Origin: Thermodesulfobacteriota bacterium
Lineage (GTDB): Bacteria; Desulfobacterota; Binatia; Bin18
DNA length: 64,000 nt
Direction: 5' to 3'
Assembly: GCA_964291405.2 (NCBI GenBank)
Contig: OZ219926.1
Span: 3,520,001-3,584,000 of the forward strand
Below, piece after piece: positions 56,881-64,000 of this stretch (the stretch's first letter is position 1; the number at the start of each line of letters is the position of its first letter). Below the pieces are notes generated by a model. The model was given only the letters and a program-made list of their open reading frames with translations, was not told the DNA's origin and did not search any database. Both the position numbers and the translations under genes were made by a program.

Positions 56881-57990
56881 CTAGTCTAGGTCCATCCGGT
56901 ACGCCTTGATCGCATTCTCAAAGACGATTTTGCGGGTGATCTCCTCCGGCACGCCGTTGAAGTCCTTCTTGATCCACTGACGGGATTCCGGCCAGGTTGA
57001 GTCGGTATGCGGGAAGTCGGACGCCCACATGTAATTGTCCTCGCCAAAAATCTTATAGGTCGCCGGACCAACCGGATCGTCCTGGAAGGTCGCCCAGACC
57101 TGCCGCCGGACGTATTCGCTCGGCTTCATCGGCAGGGGCTCTTTTTCCATGGCGTGGAATTTATCGTAGGCATGGTCCATACGATACATGAAGTGCGGGA
57201 ACCAGCCCGTGTCATTTTCGGCGGAAACAATTTTCAGTTCGGGAAAACGCTCCAACACACCACCAAAAACGAGTGTGGACAGGGACCGTTGCACTTCGTG
57301 GATCACGTTCATATAGAACAGGCTGATCTGCGAAAAATCGACCCTGCTCTCTTTACTCTTGCCGGTAATCACGTGGAGTGAGAGCGGCATGTGGAGTTCC
57401 GCGGCCGCCTGCCAAAAGGGATCGTACTCGCGGCTGCTATACGGCTTGTCCTCCGGCGGCGAACCCCAAATCATGGCCCCGCGCATACCCTGCTTATGCG
57501 TCCGCTCCAGTTCTTTGACCCCCTCATCAATATCTTCGAGAGAGATCAGGCTGATGCCGTACAGGCGTTTGGGACTATGCGAACAGAACTCTGAGACCCA
57601 GTCGTTATAGGAGCGAAAGCAGGCCCGTTGCAGGTCGGCATTGGGCAGCCCGAAGAGCGGCATACCGAGCGTGGTGTAGAGCACCTCCGCTTCGACCCCA
57701 TCGATCTCCTGGTCTTTGATGCGTTCGACCGGGTCCCATCCGCTCGGACGGGCGGCTTCGTAGCCTTTGTCCATATGGTCTTTGAGCTCTTCTCCGGACC
57801 GTCCGGCCCCGAACCCACCGGCGACGGGAAAGGGCTCAATGCCGTCCGCCACAAAGATGAAGCCCGGCTTCTTCGGGTTTTCGACCACTTTCGGCGCCTG
57901 GTCGCGGAATTTGTTGTCCAAACGTTGTTGCCACAGATCGGCCGGCTCCATCATATGTGAGTCTGCCGAGATCACGCGTAACTTTGCCAT
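56881..57990 (-). CDS. Amidohydrolase_2 family protein
   Basis: ISADSHMMEPADLW, DGVEAEVLY, YNDW, MWASDFPHTDSTWP. Confidence 0.92.
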   Translation of the reverse strand: MAKLRVISADSHMMEPADLWQQRLDNKFRDQAPKVVENPKKPGFIFVADGIEPFPVAGGFGAGRSGEELKDHMDKGYEAARPSGWDPVERIKDQEIDGVEAEVLYTTLGMPLFGLPNADLQRACFRSYNDWVSEFCSHSPKRLYGISLISLEDIDEGVKELERTHKQGMRGAMIWGSPPEDKPYSSREYDPFWQAAAELHMPLSLHVITGKSKESRVDFSQISLFYMNVIHEVQRSLSTLVFGGVLERFPELKIVSAENDTGWFPHFMYRMDHAYDKFHAMEKEPLPMKPSEYVRRQVWATFQDDPVGPATYKIFGEDNYMWASDFPHTDSTWPESRQWIKKDFNGVPEEITRKIVFENAIKAYRMDLD

Positions 57991-58216
57991 ACTACCCTCC
58001 TCTTCAAAGAAAGCCTTGCTTCCTTAATGATGTTGTATGTACGAATATTCTATCTGTGGCATACTCCAAAACGGTCTGTCAAGCGGTAGGGCCAGATAGG
58101 TTGAGTGAGCGTTCAGTTTTTTATCCGTCCGTCTGGATTGAGGCCGGGAGTGGTCCTCGTTGCCACAGCAGGAAATCACCCCGTATAATACAGCTCACAG
58201 CAAGAAGGCGAGAACC

Positions 58217-59170
58217 ATGCTCCCGAAAGTCTATATCGACGGTCATGTTGGCACGACCGGACTGCGTATCCGGGAATGGCTGACGGGACGAAACGACATC
58301 GAATTACTGACCGTAGCCGAAGCGCAGCGCAAGAGTGATGCCGCGCGGCGGGCGGTGTTGGACGAAGCCGACGTGGCCATTCTGTGTCTGCCCGATGCCG
58401 CGTCACGCGAGGCTGCGGAGTGGGCTGCGCACACGAACACCCGTCTGATTGACGCGAGTACGGCGCATCGCATCGAGGACGGTTGGGTGTATGGTCTGCC
58501 GGAACTCCAGCCTGACCAACGCAAGGCCATTCGGCAGGCAAAATATGTTGCCAATCCCGGCTGCTACCCCTCGGCTTTTCTGCTGTTAGTCCGGCCCTTG
58601 CTTGAGGCCGGCTTGATCGAAAAACATACGCCGATTTCCATTCACGCGCTGTCCGGCTATTCGGGCGGCGGACGGCCACTGATTGAGAAATGGGAGGACA
58701 CTGAGCTGGGCTTGGGCTCGTTAGTATACGAAGCGCCCTACGCGCTGGAGCGGGTGCATAAGCACGTTCCGGAAATGACGAAGTACAGTCTGCTCGACTA
58801 TGCACCCCACTTCGTCCCGGCGGTCGGTCCGTTCCGCTGCGGCATGCGGGTCCAGGTACCGATTCATACCGGTCTGTTACAAAGTGGAGCGGGCGATACG
58901 ATCTGGGAAGTCTTACGGGAGCGCTATCGGCATGAACCGTTTGTGCGGGTGCTGCCCAACGAGCAGCCCCCGGAAACCAACGAACGCAGCTTCGACCCGC
59001 AGGCCTGTAACGACACCAATCGCATCGACCTCCACGTTGCGCCCCATCCCGCCGGTCATGTCCTGCTGATAGCGATTCTCGATAATCTGGGAAAGGGCGC
59101 CTGCGGCGTCGCCATCCAGAATTTGAATGTGATGTTAGGCCTGCCCGAGACAACCGGGCTGACGGTGTAG
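58217..59170 (+). CDS. argC: N-acetyl-gamma-glutamyl-phosphate reductase (type 2)
   Basis: KVYIDGHVGTTGLRI, DASTAHR, ANPGCY, SGYSGGG, LDNLGKGA.G.A.QN.N.MLG. Confidence 0.95.
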   Translation: MLPKVYIDGHVGTTGLRIREWLTGRNDIELLTVAEAQRKSDAARRAVLDEADVAILCLPDAASREAAEWAAHTNTRLIDASTAHRIEDGWVYGLPELQPDQRKAIRQAKYVANPGCYPSAFLLLVRPLLEAGLIEKHTPISIHALSGYSGGGRPLIEKWEDTELGLGSLVYEAPYALERVHKHVPEMTKYSLLDYAPHFVPAVGPFRCGMRVQVPIHTGLLQSGAGDTIWEVLRERYRHEPFVRVLPNEQPPETNERSFDPQACNDTNRIDLHVAPHPAGHVLLIAILDNLGKGACGVAIQNLNVMLGLPETTGLTV

Positions 59171-59236
59171 GAGAACCTCCCTCCAAAGCCAACCAGAGCC
59201 TGAACGCATTTTGCTTCCACGCCCTCGAAAAAGAGA

Positions 59237-61158
59237 TCAATCGCTAACGTTTTCCTCTAAGCCGGCCTCCCGAAAGGCGGCCAGGATACGTTCGAGGTCG
59301 GCGGGGTCTTTATACGGAAGCGCCTGGGTCATGGTTGTGAACGAGAAGTTGGGGCTGAGGCGGAGAATCTCCGTTGCCAGCGCTCGGGCTTCTTCAAGAC
59401 GGCCCAAATCAACCGAGGCCAGGAGCAGATTATAATAGGCCGGCAGAAAATCCGGGTTGTGGGCGAGCGCGCGTTTTAAGACGGCTATGGATTCTTCAGT
59501 CTGACCGAGCACACGGTAGGTATGCCCCAGGAAGTGCAGATAGATAAACGGATAGCGGGGGTTGAGGCGGATGGCTTGTTGGATGAGTCGAAGGGCCTCC
59601 TGTGGTCGCCCAACGAAAGTCAGCGCGCTCCCGAACCAGGCATAATTGTCCGCATCGTTCGGGCCGAGAGCCACCGCCCGCTCAAGCTCGCTAATCGCCC
59701 GCTCATGCTGCTTCTCGAACAGATAGATATAGCCCAATAACCGATGCGCGACGGGCAAGGAGTCGTCCAGGGCCACCGCCCGCCGCACGAGCGCATGCGC
59801 GCGCTGTGGGACCTGGGGGTCTTGCTCCCACTGCATGATGAAGCCGAAGAAATCTGCCCAGCCCAGCCAGGCATAGGCCGCGGCATACTGCGCGTCCAGG
59901 GCGATGGCCTGCTCAAACAAACGGCGGGCCTGGACCAGCGATTCCTGCGTTGTGCGCCAGAGATAGCTTTCCCCGCGCAAAACGAAATCGTAGGCTTGGA
60001 GGTTATCGGTCGATCTTTGGACCAAACGGGTTTGTTCGTCCGCGGTCAGGGTGATGTGGAGGGCCTGGACAATTTGCTGTGTGATCTGATCCTGGAGGGT
60101 AAAGATATCCTGCATTTCGCCGTCATAGCGCTCCGCCCAGACATGACCGCCAGTGGTGGCGTCTAATAACTGAGCATTGATACGAACCCGGTCATTGGCT
60201 CGGCGCACACTCCCTTCCAAAACATAACGGACGCCCAAGTCGCGCCCGACCTGCTCAACATCGACCGCTCGACCCTTATAGGTAAACGAGGAATTGCGGG
60301 CGATGACAAATAGGCCAGAGATTTTTGAGAGGTCGGTAATAATGTCTTCGGTGATGCCGTCGCTGAAATACTCCTGCTCCGGCTCGCCGCTCATATTCGT
60401 AAAGGGCAGTATGGCAATCGAGGGTTTGTCGGGTAGCGGTAGGCGCGGTGGATTCCAGAAGGCTGACGATGATAAGAGCGGGTACCAGTCTTTGAGGGCA
60501 AAAGCGCCAAGGCCGAGAATCACAAGGACGACCAGACCGAGGGTGATCAGCGATCCGGGTCCTGGGGGTTTTGGTTCCAGGGGGGGAGGTCGTTGTCGAG
60601 TGTGGGCGGCGCGAGGTCTACCGCCTCCCAGCGCACCTGATAGACCTGAATGGGCTTGGCGATATTCTTCACCCTCTGCTCGCCCTGATATGTGAACACC
60701 AAGTCGAGCTTGTTTGCTATCTGTTCATGCACGGCGCCCGAGATACAGATACCTCCCCCTTCAGCCAGGCTTTCCAAACGGGCCGCGATGTTGACCCCAT
60801 CTCCGTAAATACGCTCATCCTCAACCACCACGTCGCCGACGTTGATACCCATGCGGTAGTGCATCTGTCGGTCTGCCGGAAGCTCGGCGTTCCGCACGGC
60901 AAGCTCAGTCTGCACCTCAACTGCGCATTGCACCGCGTCAACCACGCTCGAAAACTCGGCCAGGAGATTATCGCCGGGGGAATCGACCACCCGGCCGGCA
61001 TGGTGCTGAATGGTCTGGGTCATCAGCTCCCGATATGCGGTCAGCGTCCGAATCGTGGCAACCTCATCATCACCCATGAGGCGACTATAGCCTTGGACAT
61101 CGGCGCTCAGGATGGCGGCGAGTTTGCGCCTGACGGCGGACGGGTCTCTCTCTGACAT
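59237..61158 (-). pseudogene. Adenylate/guanylate cyclase + TM + TolB-like + TPR protein, split by a frameshift
   Basis: RKLAAILSADVQGYSRLM, RMGINVGDV, GDGVNIAARLE, then PDKPSIAILPF.NMS, YFSDGITED and TPRs. The two halves are out of frame at a C7 run (plus-strand G7 60580-60586). Confidence 0.85.
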
Positions 61159-61265
61159 AAGCGGTGGTCGCGTTCCGGGGTGAACTGCTCGTGCTGAACT
61201 GGCAAAAGCTCCTGCCAAAAGGTAGCATAGCCGCAGACACGACTGAAGGCATCGAGGGAAACAGC

Positions 61266-61946
61266 ATGGCAACCTATGTGATTATTGGAGCCGACCGAGG
61301 CATTGCAAATGCGCTGTGTCTGCAATTATGCGAGCGCGGGGAGAATGTGATTGCCGCCTGTTTGGATGACTCGCCCGCCTTGGTAGCAAAGGGTGCGCGC
61401 GTCGAGACGGGCGTCGATGTGACGTCGGACTCGGCGGTCCACGCTCTGGCCCAGCGCTTGATCGGTACGCATGTGGACGTGCTTATCCATGTAGCCGGGA
61501 TCTATCTGGACGACAGCCTCGAAGCCTTACCCATTGCCAACGTGCAACGCCAGATTGAAGTCAATGCGCTGGGACCCTTGCGCGTTGTCCACGCCCTCCA
61601 GTCCTGCCTCGGTCACGGCGCAAAAATAGGCATTGTGACCAGCCGGATGGGCTCGATTACCGACAACACCTCGGGCCGGCTGTACGGCTATCGGATGTCC
61701 AAGGCTGCGGCCAATATGTTGGGGGCAGCGCTGGCCCAGGACCTCAAAGAGCGCGGAATCGCGGTGGCCTTACTCCACCCTGGGATGGTCAATACCCAAC
61801 TGGTGCCCAATCTCCCCGAGAGTGCGCGCAGCCAACTGATTGAACCCGAGCAGGCGGCACGCGGCCTGCTTGCCCGGATGGATGCGCTCACCCTGGAAAC
61901 AACCGGAAAGTTCTGGCACGCCAACGGCGAAGTGCTGCCCTGGTAG
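61266..61946 (+). CDS. SDR, CsgA/C-factor-like
   Basis: GADRGI, VNALGPLR, TSRMGSI.DN.SG..YGYRMSK, LHPG.V.T, FWHANGE.LPW. Confidence 0.9.
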   Translation: MATYVIIGADRGIANALCLQLCERGENVIAACLDDSPALVAKGARVETGVDVTSDSAVHALAQRLIGTHVDVLIHVAGIYLDDSLEALPIANVQRQIEVNALGPLRVVHALQSCLGHGAKIGIVTSRMGSITDNTSGRLYGYRMSKAAANMLGAALAQDLKERGIAVALLHPGMVNTQLVPNLPESARSQLIEPEQAARGLLARMDALTLETTGKFWHANGEVLPW

Positions 61947-62009
61947 GGGCGGCGGGACCGGTCAGATTGAGCTGCCCTGTCCTGAAGTAATAGCCCCCTG
62001 CCACGGTCG

Positions 62010-62777
62010 TTAGGCAAACGTCGCGGACACGCTGCCAAACGAGGAAAAGGTAGTTTCCCAGGCATCGCCCTTTTCAATGGGTGTCGGCTTGGTCATCGAA
62101 CCGGTCATAATGTACTGGCCCGCCTCCAAGGCCAGATCGAATTGCGCCAGATGGTTCGCCAGCCAGGCAACCGTCTGCAACTGATCGTCAATTGCATCTT
62201 CGCCCTGTACACTGGCCACGACCTCGCCGTTTCGCCTGGTTTCCGCGGTCATGGCTCCGAGGTCCACATCCGCCGGGTAGGGTCTGACCTCAGGGCCTGT
62301 CACAAATCCCCACTGCGCTACCCCATCGGCAACACCGAGCGGGAGGTCCGCGCCAATATTGAGCCGCATGTCCACTAACTCCAGAGCCGGAGCGGCACCG
62401 GCCACGGCAGCCAAAGCCTGCTCGCGAGTGACGCCAGGACCTTTCAATTTCTGCCCCATGATGATGCACAGCTCAGATTCAATAATCGGCTTGCGAAAGT
62501 CGGCACAGTTAAAGCTGCCTCCGCTCTGAAACCGACGGCTGGCCAGTAGATAGGCACTGATCGGGGCATCGAGACCAAACATCTGACGGGTAGCATCGGA
62601 CGAGAGACCGACCTTCCAGCCCGCGAGTTGTTCGCCCGCGCTCAGGTGCCGTTCCAGAATCGCCAGTTGAATCTGATAGGCATTCTCAAAATTCAAGGCC
62701 TTTTCCAAACCGGGAGGCGGATACTGCCCGCTCTGGATAGCCTGCCACAGGGTTTCCACCGCTTCGTTGATATTCAT
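62010..62777 (-). CDS. 2-keto-4-pentenoate hydratase family (FAH fold)
   Basis: AYQIQ, GWKVGL, IESEL, PALELVD.R, VAWLAN.L, L.AG..I.TGS. Confidence 0.88.
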   Translation of the reverse strand: MNINEAVETLWQAIQSGQYPPPGLEKALNFENAYQIQLAILERHLSAGEQLAGWKVGLSSDATRQMFGLDAPISAYLLASRRFQSGGSFNCADFRKPIIESELCIIMGQKLKGPGVTREQALAAVAGAAPALELVDMRLNIGADLPLGVADGVAQWGFVTGPEVRPYPADVDLGAMTAETRRNGEVVASVQGEDAIDDQLQTVAWLANHLAQFDLALEAGQYIMTGSMTKPTPIEKGDAWETTFSSFGSVSATFA

Positions 62778-62823
62778 CGGCTGCTCCTTTTTCTGGAAAG
62801 TCTTTTGAGACCCGGTACCTGGG

Positions 62824-63837
62824 TCACGTAATAAACTCGGCTGACGGATGCGCGCGCGGATAGTCCCGTAAGTACTGGAAGAATTTGCTCAGGGCTTTAT
62901 CACTCTTTGTCAGTGTGCCGGGCTGAAAATGAATGGTTTGCATAATGGGCACATCCTCCCCCACAACTTTTTTTTCGAGCTGCATGGCGAATTGGAGGAA
63001 GGCTTCGGTTGAGGCGGCATCGCTGTCCGACTTGCGGGCAACGACAATCATATAGGTTGTTGTCCGACCCGGACGGGGCAGGCCAAAAGGAGCCAAGAAG
63101 CCAAACCAGCGCCCATCAAAGATGCTGCTCTGATAGAAGATGCTGGTGCCATAAATACCAATCCGATATTCAATCGGCTCGCCATTGGCGTGGCGGCCTT
63201 TGAAATCGTACAGCATGGAGTGGGCCGTCCACTCGATATCTTCATCCGGGTCTTCCTGGTCAAACGTGACGCCATGCAGGGCTTTGATATGCTGCATGTC
63301 CGGCGTGTTGCAGCACAAGACCCACGGATCGACTGGGAGAACCGCCTCAATCGCCTCAACCTGTATGGCGAGTTCATCCTCGGGATACGGGAAGTCCGGT
63401 AGCGCAAAGAGCGCTGTTTCGCCATTAAAGGCCCAGATCAGGCCATATTTTTCGGCTGTGGGAAAGTGAAACAAACAGGCGCCGGGTGGTGGCGGGTCGC
63501 CAATGCCCGTTTTGACGCACACGCCGCGTTGGTCGTACTGCCAGTGATGAAAAGCGCAGCGAATGGTATTGCCTAGTACCTCACCCACGGAGAGGTCTGC
63601 GCCAACGTGTGGACAGTAGGCGCTCAGCACCTGAGCCCTGCCGTTCCCCCCGCGGAAAATAACGACCCGTCCGTCAAGAAAATCCACACCCCGGACCTGA
63701 CCTTTGGCCACTTGGCTTGAGAGACATAGGGGGAACCAGGATTGCGTGAATAGCCCGTTTGCGCCCTCAGCCGGGATGGGACGGCCAAGAAAACGCCGGC
63801 GCGGCTTAAGAGGCGCGCCGATAGAAGCAGTGGCCAT
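62824..63837 (-). CDS. Rieske 2Fe-2S non-heme iron oxygenase
   Basis: CPHVGA...CAFHHW Rieske motif, and N..DMQHIKALH...ED mononuclear Fe ligands. Confidence 0.9.
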   Translation of the reverse strand: MATASIGAPLKPRRRFLGRPIPAEGANGLFTQSWFPLCLSSQVAKGQVRGVDFLDGRVVIFRGGNGRAQVLSAYCPHVGADLSVGEVLGNTIRCAFHHWQYDQRGVCVKTGIGDPPPPGACLFHFPTAEKYGLIWAFNGETALFALPDFPYPEDELAIQVEAIEAVLPVDPWVLCCNTPDMQHIKALHGVTFDQEDPDEDIEWTAHSMLYDFKGRHANGEPIEYRIGIYGTSIFYQSSIFDGRWFGFLAPFGLPRPGRTTTYMIVVARKSDSDAASTEAFLQFAMQLEKKVVGEDVPIMQTIHFQPGTLTKSDKALSKFFQYLRDYPRAHPSAEFIT

Positions 63838-63852
63838 AATGCTCCCCTTCTT

Positions 63853-64000
63853 TTATGCCGGCCCGCCAAAGAGGGGATGCAACAGGACCGGTGTGACCTC
63901 AAACTCCAGATAGCGCGCCAGGGGCAGGCTGGAGAAAATCTGGTGGACCTCTTCGTTTGAGTCTGCATCGACAATAAAGAACGATCCCCCACCGCCGAGC
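63853..64000 (-). CDS. Muconolactone isomerase-like protein (3' end only)
   Basis: Manual translation ...GSFFIVDADSNEEVHQIFSSLPLARYLEFEVTPVLLHPLFGGPA* resembles the CatC-type C-terminus. Confidence 0.7.
   Translation of the reverse strand, partial: LGGGGSFFIVDADSNEEVHQIFSSLPLARYLEFEVTPVLLHPLFGGPA

Noticed and set aside
58176-59240. 354-aa minus-strand ORF
   Set aside because: Antisense shadow of argC with no recognisable motifs.
60547-60549. Sec readthrough at the cyclase TGA
   Set aside because: The downstream half is in a different frame, so a frameshift rather than readthrough is required.

Overview
GC-rich bacterial chromosomal window made up mostly of catabolic and redox enzyme genes. 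It holds five amidohydrolase_2 paralogs, four luciferase-like monooxygenases (two F420-type), a deazaflavin nitroreductase, two tandem SfnB-type enzymes, SDRs, GSTs and a DUF1329/DUF1302 pair. Housekeeping genes include hpt, hisS, lysA, argC and a tupBCA tungstate ABC transporter with its regulator. This inventory suggests an F420-using lineage such as Binatia or Tectomicrobia (inference only). No rRNA, tRNA or CRISPR array was seen. Main points of interest: (1) a sodium:solute symporter fused to two C-terminal winged-helix domains upstream of hisS; (2) an AhpD/CMD-family selenoprotein split by the ORF track (CxxU plus a SECIS-like hairpin); (3) a decayed type I RM-associated island at about 19.1-22.3 kb with a Fic tail, two hsdS 5' stubs, an unknown 160-aa gene coupled to a doubly frameshifted ThsB-like TIR gene, a RAYT with REPs, and vapBC; (4) a small, probably leaderless toxin/immunity-like pair at 49.9-50.4 kb; (5) several frameshifted or remnant genes. 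All family calls come from motif recognition by eye; no database search was run.
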